A stretch of 64,000 nt of DNA from Orbicella franksi (lineage: Eukaryota), in assembly GCA_964199315.1 (NCBI GenBank), contig OZ116699.1, positions 22,444,001-22,508,000 on the forward strand, read 5' to 3'. A program made the position numbers and the translations under genes. Of the stretch, positions 51,730-63,937 are shown in pieces (the first letter of the stretch is position 1; each line of letters opens with the position of its first letter). The notes under the pieces were generated by a model. It searched no databases, had not been told where the DNA came from, and saw only the letters and a program-made list of their open reading frames with translations.

Positions 51730-52369
51730 GCACCCTTACATAGATAAGTCCAATAATTACTACTTCAACCGTCGCATCGGTGTTCTACATAAAGCGGAAA
51801 TCCAGAACTGAAGCGGATACTAAATGCAAAAAATGCGTAAATACAGTATTATTTATTCATCTGATTTATGTATAGTTTCCTTAGACAACCTCATATCCGT
51901 ATATATTCGAAGCTGTTAATATTCAGGGTAGATTCAATGGCAGCTAGTTTAAGTAACATTGTTTGTAAATATAAACGGTCGTTCAGGTGATAGCAGTAAA
52001 AAGGGCAAAACGTAAAACACAAGATAATGTTAATTTATTTGAGTGGATTCAATCTTAAAAACGGACGGACAGCTTTGTAGTGTGAAGAAGACCAAATGCA
52101 AAACCTTATAATCAACAGCGGCGTTCGAGCCATGCGTTTTTAGCTTGTTCTCTCAGATTTTACATTCAGCTATATACATGGGCATTAAGAGAGTGAAAGC
52201 CAATCTGCATGCGATATTAAAAGATTTAGCTGTTAATCCTATCTTTGCGACATAGGGACTTTTGTGGTAAAATAGATTCAATTTCTCATAAAATCATAAG
52301 CTATATCACAACCAATTGGAATATCACAGTTGCTTGCCAAATTTACATACAACAAGAAAAAGCTGGATT

Positions 52370-54110
52370 TAAAATGTCAAATGCTGTTAATGGGAAAAAA
52401 ATTAGGTGAAAATATCAATAATTTTGTAACCAGCCATGCGCTAACTCGTAAATTAGTTTCACCGGTTGAGAGTACTCCCCGGTGGATGCATATATGTTGA
52501 TAGAAAAAGTAATAATCAAACTATGGGACCACATAGAGGTCAGAAATTAAAAAAGGTTTCGTCGAACAGATGTACCGAAGTCAAAAGATTCAATTTTAGA
52601 AATGCCCACCGCCTTGGAAAACACGCGCTGTTTGCTATTAAAAGCAGGTGTTCTTTAACATGTTTAGCAAGTTTTCTATATTAACGACGTTCTACTTCAT
52701 TTTCTTATTTCACTTTTTCGAACAAGCCCTGTGAAGAATACCGCGCAAATCTTTGCCTAAATTGTCAGATTTGACTTCGTACGTGTATCTACATATTGAT
52801 TTAAGGAAACTGAGAAAAAAAGCACGCTCATTCTACACTTGTCACTACGCAAGTCGGTATTTTGATTTGTTGGTAGGTGACGGGGAATTGCGAAAATAGA
52901 CTGTAATGCTAGGTGTGTAGGGGTTGATAGAAGGGGAAGGGGTAAACTTTTAGAACAATGCGTTTCCTTGTTCTGTTTCTTCCCCCTTCCTGTCCACTCC
53001 GCCCGTCCCGCTTGTTATGTAAGAGCATGGACAGTACCAACATCACTAAGGTCCCATTACGAGACAGTCTCTGGCCAACCTGCACACAGAAATGTACAAA
53101 CGAATGCAGAGGAGCAGTGCGGGTGATAGCTCTTTTAAAGACCAAACATGGACGGATTTAGCACGGGTGTCACTAGGAAGGGAAAGGGACTTCAACTCTG
53201 TTTATCATGTATAGTGCAAACAGGACGAAACAAGCCAAAACCCGAAAAGGTTGAATCCATAAGATCGCTGCAAGCGTTACCTTCGCTGTCGTCGTTGCGA
53301 TCATGACAGAAAAAGTTGACCGATCTCACTATACGGTGACTTGGTTTTTCAGAATACATGTAAATAATAAGTAATTTGTCCCTCAATTGTATTCACACAT
53401 CGTAATTAATTTCAAAACTTCATTTACAGCAAGTTAAAAGGCTTAGCTTCACAATGTACATGGTAATTATTAGCATTTAAGCAACTTAATTAACAAAGAT
53501 GATAATAAATGACAAAGTTCACAGCGGTGATCCTACAATTTTTTTAACGACATGAGAGATCATCTTAGTTACGTATAAGCACTTTCAGGCAGTTGCAAAA
53601 ATAAAGCCTGGAAAAAATTCAGGTTTGAGTGAGTTTGCAACTCATAACCTCTGCGATACCGGTGCAGTGCTCTACCAACTGAGCTATCACGCCAACTACA
53701 GTGGGAGCTGATCTTGTTGAGACTCCACTCTAACTTACCAAGTTTGATAACTCATAAATCTTTCAGCCATATAAAAGTAAAAAGTCTGAACTATCATAAT
53801 CAGATCAGTTTCGCACTTCTGATCTATCGAAACGCTGTCAAAAATGTTCGTGCACACCAAACTATATACTACTATTTTCGGAAGATCTCTGAATGATAGA
53901 ACTTTAGGTGGCGTTGATAAACAATTTACCATAGAATTTAGAATTTTGTCTTTCGATACACAATTCACCATAGAATTTCGAATTTTGTCGTTTCGAAACA
54001 ATTAAATGGGTTTACTTTATGTGGAACCAATGAATTGATTTCCAAAGGAATATAGTTTTCTCAGATGCATGAGTAACACTCATCGGGAAATACTATGTTC
54101 ACCTCACAGT
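52370..54110. repeat. Segmental-duplication unit: downstream flank of TRIM-NHL copy 1
   Basis: Highly similar sequence recurs at about 61068-62105 (left part) and about 62440-63937 (from agaaatgccc to the TRIM stop), including the embedded tRNA-like SINE. Confidence 0.9.
53600..53712 (-). mobile_element. tRNA-like SINE (degenerate)
   Basis: The reverse complement has the A box gatagctcagttggtagagc and an anticodon-like arm ctgca-ccggtat-cgcag. The B box is degraded (ttatgagttgcaaactc), so it is not a functional tRNA. A paralogous copy lies at about 63450-63580. Confidence 0.7.
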
Positions 54111-54111
54111 G

Positions 54112-56295
54112 CTACTGAAAAACATGAACACGATTATTCAAGAGAACAGTGACCAAAACATGTCCATCATTTGACACGGCGACATAAGTGGGAGCCCCGC
54201 CTTCCTCAGAGAAATGTTCTTCTATCTTAGTGACAAACGTTCCGTCCGATCTGAAAATTTGCAGTCTGCTGTTTGCGACATCGCAGACAATTAGATTTTT
54301 AAACTTGTCGATTGCAAGTCCAACAGGACCATCTAACTGTCCCTCACCAGACCCCTGACTGCCAATATTGTAAAGGAACTTTCCTTCCTTGCTAAACACT
54401 TTAATGCAATTGGCCTTAGCATCAGAGACAAAGAATCTGTCCTGGTGATAAACAGCACAATACAGGGACATGGCACAGTCTGAGGCACAAAAGGATTGTA
54501 GTAACTGCATCCCGTCAGGGGAGATGACCTTGATTTCATTGCTCTTCCAGTCAGATGCGATAATGCTGCCATCAAATCCAACAGACACGTGAAACGGTAT
54601 CTCTAGGTGTTCATTGTTGATGTGTTTGATAAACTGACCACTTTCAGTGAACAGAGAAATCTTATTATCATCGTCAGGGACAAGGGCAATGATGTCACCA
54701 GACTTGGTAAATGCTACTGTGAAACACTCTCCCTTTAGTTTTATCTCTCTCAGATAATTTCCATTAGAGTTAAACAATTGAATTCTCTTATTCTCATTGT
54801 CTGCCACAGCAATGGTTCCAGTTTTTTCACTCACAGCAATATCAACAGGTTTATCAAACTGTCCTGGTCCATTGCCATGGGAACCAAATTTAAACACAAA
54901 TTGATATTGATGTGGGACAACTTGAGCACTCCAGGGACTACCAGTCAGCGGCTGACCATTAATCTCAATCCCCACTCTATATTGTCCAACACATTCTGGC
55001 CTGTACGTTACTGTGTACTTGCCATCTTTGCTGTCTGTGATTTCTGTGGTCGATTTACCTCCTGTTGGAGATTCAATGTCCACTTTGATGTGATCATCTT
55101 CGTTATAACACTGTATTCCATTTGAATCTCTAGTTATGATCGTAAAACTTGTTTCAGTCTTTTCTTCTGTCTCTTTGTCGCAATGTCCTTCAACTATCGA
55201 CAATGTAGAATTCGTGTTACTTACAACAACTCGATCGCAAATGGTCGTTATATTCTCTGCCATGTAATGTACATGTGGTGGTTTATAAATTTCAGGTTTT
55301 CTTGCGTTCAAAAGTTCCTCGCAGCGTCCAATGATGACTTGTTTCGTTTGTAAAATTTCAGCATTAATGTTTCTTTCTAAGATATTCTCGCCTTGTTCAA
55401 CAGAACTTTTCAACTGAGTAACAGCAAACCGAAAGTTTTCTAGTTGTGTTTCGTGAGCCTTTTGTTGTGCTTGATTTATCTCATCAAACTTGGCGTTCAT
55501 GGCTGATTTGTGCTCTGTTAAAATTCGAATACAATTGTCCACCGTTTCTGTCATCTTTCTTTGGGCGACAGCTATTTCCGGCTCGCTTTTGTCCATAAAC
55601 TCTTTTTCTTTCTTCATTTGGTTTTCATAAACAGCAACTTCTGTTTTGACCTTCTCCAGGGCATCCACAATTTGCATCTTGTGTTCTTCTGCGGCCTTCT
55701 GCATATCCACCATGGAGTGACGATTATGATTCACCACACTGCACTTGTGGCAAATACAGACGTTGCATTCTTCGCAATAATATTCAAGTGTTTGATCTTC
55801 GTGGTATTGCTGGGAACACATGACAGGTCTTCTGATCAATTCTTGAACATCTTGCGCTCGCAAATTCTCGACCAAGATATTTCGGTGACCTCTTGTGGCC
55901 TTCAGGCGTTGATGAGCTTCAAAACAAGCTGCACATAGAAAGTTCTGGCACACAAAACAGTAGCAAGTTGCAATGTTGTTTTCATCGCAACTGCTGCATC
56001 TCTGGGCCTCTGCGCTGCCATCTCTCAGAGCTAGGAGATCCACCAATCGATTGAGATGAAAAGATGTGGGAAGGCCGCCAAACGTGTCTCCTTCAGGAAT
56101 TTGGAAGCAAGTCAAGCAAACCGGACATTTGATTGTTGTTTGCCGCTGTTTTCTTGTATAGAGTGCGTGTCTGTCGAGACACAGCAGACAAAATGAGTGT
56201 AAGCATGGCAGCGTCTTGGGATCGTTGACTGTTTCTAAACACAGTGGACACTCAGCCTCTCTTCTGAGATTTGTAAACAGTTGTTCAATATCCAT
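54112..56295 (-). CDS. Intronless TRIM-NHL E3 ligase (RING, B-box1, B-box2, coiled coil, filamin, NHL repeats; TRIM2/3/71-like), 727 aa
   Basis: One uninterrupted ORF from the ATG at 56295. RING CPLC...PCLHSFC..C...CPVC; B-box1 CSSC...C..CQNFLC..C..AH...H; B-box2 CSQQYH...YC..C..CIC.KC...H..H; filamin DGKYTVTYRP...G.Y.V.I.ING..L.GSP; NHL repeats FGSHGNGPGQFDKPVDIAV and IGSQGSGEGQLDGPVGLAID. Confidence 0.95.
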   Translation of the reverse strand: MDIEQLFTNLRREAECPLCLETVNDPKTLPCLHSFCLLCLDRHALYTRKQRQTTIKCPVCLTCFQIPEGDTFGGLPTSFHLNRLVDLLALRDGSAEAQRCSSCDENNIATCYCFVCQNFLCAACFEAHQRLKATRGHRNILVENLRAQDVQELIRRPVMCSQQYHEDQTLEYYCEECNVCICHKCSVVNHNRHSMVDMQKAAEEHKMQIVDALEKVKTEVAVYENQMKKEKEFMDKSEPEIAVAQRKMTETVDNCIRILTEHKSAMNAKFDEINQAQQKAHETQLENFRFAVTQLKSSVEQGENILERNINAEILQTKQVIIGRCEELLNARKPEIYKPPHVHYMAENITTICDRVVVSNTNSTLSIVEGHCDKETEEKTETSFTIITRDSNGIQCYNEDDHIKVDIESPTGGKSTTEITDSKDGKYTVTYRPECVGQYRVGIEINGQPLTGSPWSAQVVPHQYQFVFKFGSHGNGPGQFDKPVDIAVSEKTGTIAVADNENKRIQLFNSNGNYLREIKLKGECFTVAFTKSGDIIALVPDDDNKISLFTESGQFIKHINNEHLEIPFHVSVGFDGSIIASDWKSNEIKVISPDGMQLLQSFCASDCAMSLYCAVYHQDRFFVSDAKANCIKVFSKEGKFLYNIGSQGSGEGQLDGPVGLAIDKFKNLIVCDVANSRLQIFRSDGTFVTKIEEHFSEEGGAPTYVAVSNDGHVLVTVLLNNRVHVFQ

Positions 56296-56306
56296 GTTGC
56301 TGATCA

Positions 56307-57249
56307 ATTCGCCTTAATCACAGTCCGCCATGTTGGATGCAACGTCACCATTTTTCGCATGAAAGCGAGGTCACGCGTGTTGAAACATCATGGCTGAGTC
56401 AGCGAGTACTTTGATTTCTTCAGAGTTTTGGCACTGGAATCTGGTGGACATACCGACAACAATATTTACCTGTGACAGTGACAGTATATATTGGCTCGGG
56501 GCAGTCTACAACAACAGGAGCGGATGACAGTTCCGGTTGGACCTCCATAGAACTTTCCTCACCAGAAGCTTGGCCGAAAGTTGATGCTGTGGATTAAAAT
56601 GAAAAACATAAAAATACCTCTGATTATTTTGCGGTTTTAACCAAGGAATGTTTAAAGAAATACTGACAACAGTATTTACCTGTCACAGTGACAGGGGACG
56701 ATGGCACGCTTACATCAACCAATCGCACTCGTGCACGCGGTGGTTCGCGCTTTTTCGGAGATTTTCTTTTCCTGGGTGATCTTGACCAGCAAAAAATACT
56801 CGGAACTGCATGCTTCTCCAGAACACGCTTCCCTGTAAAAGTTGTCTGAAAATTCGCTTCCTTAAAGTGTAGAGAACGTACTCTTGTGCTGTTTGTTATC
56901 TGTAGATGGACCAGATCATAATAATTAATGTAAATATATGTGCGCAACAATGACATCGATAACCTAACCAACTTACCTGGACACTTTGCCCACATCTCGC
57001 CGTATTTTGACAACCCAATGCTTTCGAATGGCTTCACCACTCGGAAATTGGTGAAAGGTATGATTTGGATATTTTTAGCGCGATTATTTTGACATTGCGG
57101 CACGCGTCAGTAATTTCCGTTGGGCACGATTGCAGATGATTGCCTCGTCCCCTCGATCGCCGGAAGTTGACTTTACACGCGTGGCCTCACATTGGTGTCA
57201 AAAGTACATGACGTCAATCCAAGATGGTTGCTGTGCGATAAAGGCGAAT
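56307..57249 (-). mobile_element. THAP-encoding DNA transposon relic (internally deleted, 943 bp)
   Basis: Imperfect inverted termini over about 85 bp (attcgcctt(a/t)atc...ccat(g/c)ttggat...acgtca...gagg(t/c)cacgcgtgt). The minus strand encodes a split THAP relic FHQFPSGEAIRKHWVVKIRRDVGK | ITNSTRVRSLHFKE...KRVLEKHAVPSIF with a GT-AG intron, a frameshift and loss of the third Cys, followed by a basic RKRKSPKKR segment. Confidence 0.8.
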
Positions 57250-58568
57250 AAACTACTTGGTGCGGTTGATTGTCTGTTCATGTGACGTCACTTCTGGATA
57301 TTAATAACATTACAAATTTGGATCAAAATTTGTCACGGCGCCGTGGTCCTGTCATGAGTTAGGGTTGTGTCAGACAGTTTTTATATACCCTTAGGTCAAA
57401 AACGTTTATTTAAACAATCTTATTCACAAACGTAAGATTTACGCAAATGACAAAGAGAATTTCTTTTCATACTGATAAAAGAGAGTATTTTGTGCTTTGT
57501 TGTGTTTCTGCTGTCGATGACGGTGACCCCGCCGTCACAGTGGCTGTGCCTACTACTGTAAGTTGATATAATTGACTTTTTGCCAATCATATCATGTTTA
57601 GTTTGCATTGTTTGGTGGAATGTGGTCTTGAAGGAATTTTCTTGGAAGAAAAAGATCTTTTAAATTAACTTATTGTGCATGCATTGTCACCGCGGGCTCA
57701 GTTCGATCGTCGATTGTTCAACGGAGGCATGGCTGAGGAGGCAAACAGGAGCGCCAGATTTGCAGGTGGTTTACATAAAAGTGGCAGTGAAGTGATCAGG
57801 GTATCTGCGTTTGTACAGATGAGCTGCGTGTGAGCTACGGTCAGCTGGGGTCACAATACAAACACAAGGTAATTCTTTCAAGTAAGTTACTAATTTTCCC
57901 AAACGACGCATTTGTCTACCAGCTAGGTCAAAACGGTGAAATCTACGTATATTAACGACAATTACCGTCATGCACTTCCAACTTTTTCAAACAACGCCAA
58001 TGTAAGATGAAATTAAGCATAGATTGGAGCGTTTTTGTGTGGCTTACACGAAGTGTATAGCCACACTATGCCATGAGGATGCCACGAGCTGATTTATTTA
58101 TTTATTTGTCTACGAGAGTCAGTCACGTGGTCTTGTGTCGTACGGCGCACTAGCCATCGTGGTCTCTAGTTTTAAAGGTAAGTCGTTTTTGATTTTGAGC
58201 TTGGTCTTGAGTTCTACATCTTATCATTTCTTTTACGTGTCGAAAATCTAGCTTCGTAATTAAGTACAAATAACGAAACCCGTTTGCAATTGTTGTTTCA
58301 CTTTCAGATGTTCATGCAAGTCGACAAATCAAGACTAGGCCAGACTTGGCATGTGTCCAGTGCAGGTTCTACAGAAGCCGTTGTACTTTTAAAAGCCAAT
58401 ATTCATTGCTTTGAACCGTCAGAAGTTTAAAGTGTTTTCATCGGTGACCACAAATTCAAAGACAGTACCGCTTGAGTTTGAAAACAACATAAATCACAGA
58501 CGCCTTCTCAAGACTTTACATTTGGATGGAATTAGTGGAATTACTTGTTTACAAATGTAAGTCACGGA

Positions 58569-58980
58569 GTTGAAGGGTGGTAAGGGGTCCTGGTGGAGTG
58601 CGTAGGGGCCACCAGGTGTACTTCACAAATGCCAGGAAATGCCCACCGTGTCATAGGCTCTGCCACCAAGTCGGCTGTCGCATGTCCTTGTCATAACGTT
58701 AACCCCGGTAATGCAGTTGTACTGCAGCTGAGCGACAACGGGAAAAGGCGGGTATCCAGCGCCTTCAAATAACGGGATATTGTGGCTAAGGGGAGGACAC
58801 TCTGACAGAAAACCCAGACCCTCCAGGTTGGGGGTTGGGCATGGGGCCAATCCCCCCGTCCCGTAAAAAATTATTGATAACGGAAACCGAAAACTCTAAC
58901 AAGCAATGTTACATGGGGAGCAGCACAACTACTTTCTACTTTCCAAACTCCTATACCCATATAGGGTTATGGTCAATTCT
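58569..58980 (+). mobile_element. Short RTE-clade-derived insertion (412 bp) with a long target-site duplication
   Basis: Flanked by aaatgtaagtcacgga (58553-58568) and aaatgcaagtcagga (58981-58995). The uninterrupted site is preserved in the local duplicate at 59223-59250. It contains ccctccaggttgggggttgggc...cccgtaaaaaa, recognised as an RTE 5'-region motif. Confidence 0.7.
58584..58737 (+). ncRNA. Candidate HDV-like self-cleaving ribozyme
   Basis: P2 TGTCGC (58676-81) / GCGACA (58732-37); P3 ATG/CAT; L3 TCCTTGT with CC able to pair GG at 58707-08 (P1.1); P4 TGCAGT/ACTGCA; J4/2 GCTGA with the putative catalytic C at 58728. P1 is only partial (GGGGT 58584-88 / ACCCC 58702-06). Confidence 0.55.
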
Positions 58981-59706
58981 AAATGCAAGTCAGGAAGAGG
59001 TCATTCAACGATCAGTTGACTGTAAAGCCATCGATTTGCGGAATATAGTTTTACCCTTTTGAGTAAGTACGCTTCTTCGCATGACCACAAATTCGAAGAC
59101 AGCACCACTTGAGTTTGAAAACAATATAAATCCCAGACGCCTTCTGAAGACTTTCGGAAACAAGAGGGTAATATATTTCATCGCTTTACATTTGGATGGA
59201 ATTAGTGAAATTACTTGTTTACAAATGTAAGTCATGGAAGAGGTCATTCAACGATCAGTTGACTGTAAAGCCGTCGATTTGCGGAATATATTTTTACCCT
59301 TTTGAGTAAGTACGCTTCTTCACCTCAGTTTGAATATGAACTGTGACCTTTTCTCTTTGTCCAAGTTGAATATTCAAAAGTGAAATAAATTACCATATTA
59401 GAGTTGATTTGCATTTGTTTACTGTACTTAGAAATCATAATCATATTGTTCGAAAAGTAAGCTTAGTATATTTGGAGATTTAGACAATGATTTCTTTGCT
59501 ATTTTTTTTTTAATTAACATTGTTGACCATACATTAATGTGATGTATGGATTTGTCGTATTTATATTTGTTAAGCCATATATACAATTAGTTTTGTTTAA
59601 AACTGGATCATTGCATAATACAATTTGAGTTTTCATTGGCTTGTCAGCCGTAATACTAGTATATCATTCAGGGATTATGCCATCCTCTACAAATATTGTA
59701 AGTTCA

Positions 59707-60176
59707 TTATATCTCTCAGTTAGTAAGCGCGCTGTGATTGGTCAATTCAGCGGGCCGTATTCTACTATACGGCGTGCTAAAATTTAAAGCCGTTATTGTT
59801 GTCAAAATGTTTCGTGATTTATCGCCAAGTTTTCTTAACTTTTTTAGCAAGTAAAAGTTTAAAGCTTTCTTTTACTTCTGAAATTTTATATTTGAACCTG
59901 TTAACGACGTAAGAGTCACTTAACAACGATTTCAAATTGACTCGTCAGAAATTTGAAGCCATTCCGCGTGAGTAGAAATCGTTCCCGAACCCGTCAGACA
60001 CAGTAGAGATATAATAAATATCTTACTAACCTCGTTTTCTTGGTCCGTATTGTAAGTAACGGAACCTCGTTTTTCCCCTTCGATTTATGGCCACGCGTTT
60101 CGCGCTTGGGCCATAAATCGATGGGGAAAAGACTCGGTCCGTAACTTACAGTACGGCCCGCGAACTCGGTTAGTAA
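59707..60176 (+). mobile_element. Full-length dispersed repeat (parent of 46455-46646)
   Basis: Shares both ends with the deleted copy at 46455-46646. Confidence 0.7.
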
Positions 60177-60850
60177 GATGTATTTATATGTATAATTTAA
60201 TTACAATAAACAATTATTGGATGAGAGTTTTGTGATATCCGGAATAATCGAGGCCGAGGTAAACGTTATCAGCCGAAGCCAAAGGCTGAGGTTGTAACGC
60301 TAACCGAGACCTTGATTATTTCGTATATCACAAAAACCGAATATCATAATTGGTTTATTATACATTGTTTTAAAGAAAATAACGACAAACGCATTATCGC
60401 ACCGAACACAGTTTATTTCGACAAGCCATGTTCTTTCGTGAACTTGACACTTGCTCTTGGAAATCACGCATTGCGTGCGCAACTTACGGATTATGCACTA
60501 ATCTGCTAGCAGATTAGTGAATAATCTGTAGGTTGCACTGTTTCCCAGAATTAACTGTAGGCTTTTAGTCAATGAGAAGACAGATAGATGTATAATAAAA
60601 ACGATTATTGCACTCACGCTTGTTGGATGTGAAATGATTATAGTCAACTCAATGCTACATGCCTCGTTAGCTCTGAGCTATCCATCGTCTCATATCCAAC
60701 TCGCACTCATGGAATAACCGTTAATTATTTGCGGGCTTCATAAAAAAGATTTAGGCTTTCTTGGGAATCCACTCAATTTAGAGCTACTGTGGTTATGTTT
60801 TGATATGGTGTGAGCTTGTACTTTGTGTTGTAAATGAAGCTAAAATATTA

Positions 60851-60894
60851 TTGATTGAATGATTGACTGTTTGATTGATTGATTGGTTGATTGG

Positions 60895-60938
<44 letters not shown>

Positions 60939-60950
60939 GTGAGTGATTGA
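60851..60950 (+). repeat. (GATT)n microsatellite, imperfect
   Basis: Direct reading of the sequence. Confidence 0.95.
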
Positions 60951-61067
60951 GAGATACCTACACTCCAGTAACAAATATCTCATCTAATCAGCTAGGACAA
61001 AAAATGGTAAATGCTCCCCAATTAACCGATCGCCTACATTTTAAAGGGCTTGCTTTGCAGTAGGAAT

Positions 61068-63937
61068 TAAATGTCAAATGCTGTTAATGGGAAAAGAAAA
61101 TTGGTGAAAATATCAACAACAATTTTACAACCGGCCATGCACTAACTCGTAAATTAGTTTCACAGGTTAAGAGTACTCCCTGACGGATGCATAAATGTTG
61201 ATAGAAGACATAATAATCAAACTATGGGACCACACAGAGATCAGAAATTAAAAAAGGTTTCGTCGAAAAGATGTACCGAAGTCAAAAGACTCATTTTAGC
61301 AATGCCCGCCGCCTTGGAAAACACACGCTGTTTGCTAGTAAAAGCAGGTGTTCTTTTTCATGTTTATCAAGTTTTCTATATTAATGAAGTTCTATTTCAT
61401 TTTCTTAGTATTTCATTTTTTCGAACAAGCCCTGTGAAGAATACCGCGCAAATCTTTGCCTAAATTGTCAGATTTGACTTCGTACGTACATCTACATATT
61501 GATTTAAGGAAACTGAGGGAAAAAAGCAAGCTCATTCTGCACTTGTTACTACGCAAGTCGGTATTTGGAATTGTTGGTAGGTGACGGGGGAAAAGTAGAC
61601 TGTAATGCTAGGCGTGTAGCGTTGATGGAAGGGTAACGGGAAGGGGTAAACTTTTAGAACAATGCGTTTCCTTGTTCTGTTTCTTCCCCCTTCCTGTCCA
61701 CTCCGCCCGTCCCGCTTGTTATGTAAGAGCATGGACAGTATCAACATCACTAAGGTCCCATTACGAGACAGTCTCTGGCCAACCTGCACACAGAAATGTA
61801 CAAACGAATGCAGAGGAGCAGTGCGGGTGATAGCTCTTCTAAAGACCAGGGATGGACGGATTTAGCGCGGGTGTCATTAGGAAAGGAAGGGGACTTCAAC
61901 TCTGTTTATCATGTATAGCGCAAACAGGAAGAAACAAGCCAAAAACCCGAAAAGGTTGATTTCCATATGATCGCTGCGAGCGTTACCGTCGCTGCCGTCG
62001 TTGCGATCATTACAGAAGAAGTTGACCGATCTCACTATACGGTGACTTGGTTTTTCAGAATACATGTAAACAATAAGTAATTTCTCCATCAATTGTATTC
62101 ACACATTTTCTCTTGGTTTAGCGAGACCAAGGAAAGCATTTGTTACGCATCAACCAACCTTTGCAAACTCAATGGTTTTGAGAAACAAAATTAAAACGAT
62201 AACAATAGCGTCCGCCGTTCATTGTTTATCTGTCCCGCCTACTCTAGCATAATGAGTTGTGTAATATTCCCTGCGACGCATAGCATGCGTTCTTAGCAAC
62301 CAATGAATTCAGTTCTGTTTGATCGTTCATGAATAATAACGCGAAATAAAACAGATCTAGAATCTCTTGAACTGCAAGTATAAATGTCGCGAGAACGATA
62401 GCCATTCTGCTCGATGTGTATGAAGTCAAAACTCTCATTGTAGAAATGCCCGCCGCCTTGGAAAACGCGGGCTGTTTGCCAGTAAAAGCAGGTGTTCTTT
62501 AACATGTTTATCAAGTTTTCTATATTAACGACGTTGTACTTCATTTTCTTATTTCGTTTTTTCGAACAAGCCCTGTGGAGAATACCGCGCAAATCTTTGC
62601 CTAAATTGTCAGATTTGACTTCGTGCGTATATCTACATATTGATTTAAGGAAACTGAGAGAAAAAACCGAGCTCATTCTACACTTGTCACTACGCAAGTC
62701 GGTATTTTGAATTGTTGGTGGGTGATGGGGAAAAAGTAGACTGTAATGCTAGGCGTGTAGAGGTTGATGGAAGGGGAAGGAGAAGGGGTAAACTTTTAGA
62801 ACAATGCGTTTCCTTGTTCTGTTTTACCCCCTTCCCGAGCACCCTGCCTGTCCCGCTTGTTATGTATCAGCATGGACAGTATGAACATTACTAAGGTCCC
62901 ATTACCAAATAGTCTCTGACCAACCTGCATACAGAAGTGTTAAAACGAATGTAGAGGAGCAGTACGGGTGATAGCTCTTTTAAAGATCGGGGGTGGACGG
63001 ATTTAGCGCGGGTGTCACTATGAAGGGAAGGGGACTTCAAATCTGTCTTTCTTGTATACCGAAAACAGGGCGAAAACAAGCCAAAACCCGAAAAGGTTGA
63101 TTTCCATGTAATCTCTTCGATCGTTACCGTCGCTGCCGTCGTTGCAATCATTACAGAAAAAATTGACCAATCTCACTATAGTGACTTGGTTTTTCAGAAT
63201 ACATGTAAATAATAAGTAATTTCTCCATCAATGGTATTCACACATCATAATTAATTTCAAAACTTCATTTACAGCAAGTTAAAAGGCTTAGCTTTACAAT
63301 GTACATGGTAATTATTAGCATTTAAGCAACTTAATTAACAAAGATGATAATAAATGACTCAGTTCACAGCGGTGATCCTACATTTTTTTTAACGACATAA
63401 GAGATCATCTTAGTTATTGTTCGCACTTCCAGGCAGTTGCAAAAATAAAGCCTGGAGAAAATTCAGGCCTGAGTGAGTTTGCAACTCATAACCTCAGGCT
63501 CGAGCTAGTTTCAACTCATAACCTCTGCGATACCGGTGCAGTGCTCTACCAACTGAGCTATCAAGCCAACTGGGAGCTGGTGTTGTTGAGACTCCACTCT
63601 AACTTACCAAGTTTGATAACTCATAAATCTTTCAACTATATGAAAGTAAAAAGTCCGAACTATCATAATCAGATCAGGTTCGCACTTCTGATCTATCGGA
63701 ACGCTGTCACAAATGTTCGTGCACAGCAAATTATATACTACTATTTTAGGACGATCTCTGAATGATAGAACTTTAGGTGGCGTTGATACACAATTCACTA
63801 TACAATTTCAAATTTTGTCTTTCGATACACAATTCACCATAGAATTTCGAATTTTGTCTTTCAATACAATAAAATGGGTTTACTTTATGTGGAACCAATG
63901 AATTGCTTTCCAAAGGAAAATAGTTTTCTCAGATGCA
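61068..63937. repeat. Downstream flank of TRIM-NHL copy 2, with an internal partial re-duplication
   Basis: 61068-62105 matches about 52370-53395. After a unique spacer of about 340 bp, 62440-63937 matches about 52600-54110. Confidence 0.9.

Larger units (their letters stand above)
58390..59325 (+). repeat. Local tandem duplication (about 240-bp units) interrupted by the RTE-like insertion
   Basis: gaccacaaattc(a/g)aagacag...cagacgccttct recurs at about 58447 and 59083. ggaagaggtcattcaacgatcagttgactgtaaagcc...gagtaagtacgcttcttc recurs at about 58992 and 59236. Confidence 0.85.

Noticed and set aside
52466-53386. Small ORFs conserved between duplicated flanks (e.g. MRFLVLFLPPSC... at 52958 and 61662)
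   Set aside because: Their similarity is explained by recent DNA duplication. The third copy (about 62800) breaks them, and no domain is recognisable.
53630-53705. Functional tRNA-Thr(GGT) gene, also at about 63500-63575
   Set aside because: The A box and anticodon-like arm are present, but the T arm/B box and acceptor stem are degraded. It is embedded in a longer SINE-like repeat.
56300-56475. THAP-TRIM fusion transcript via the donor near 56471 and the AG at 56300-56301
   Set aside because: The donor is phase 1, and joining it there puts the TRIM ATG out of frame. The acceptor lacks a polypyrimidine tract, and the THAP itself is frameshifted.
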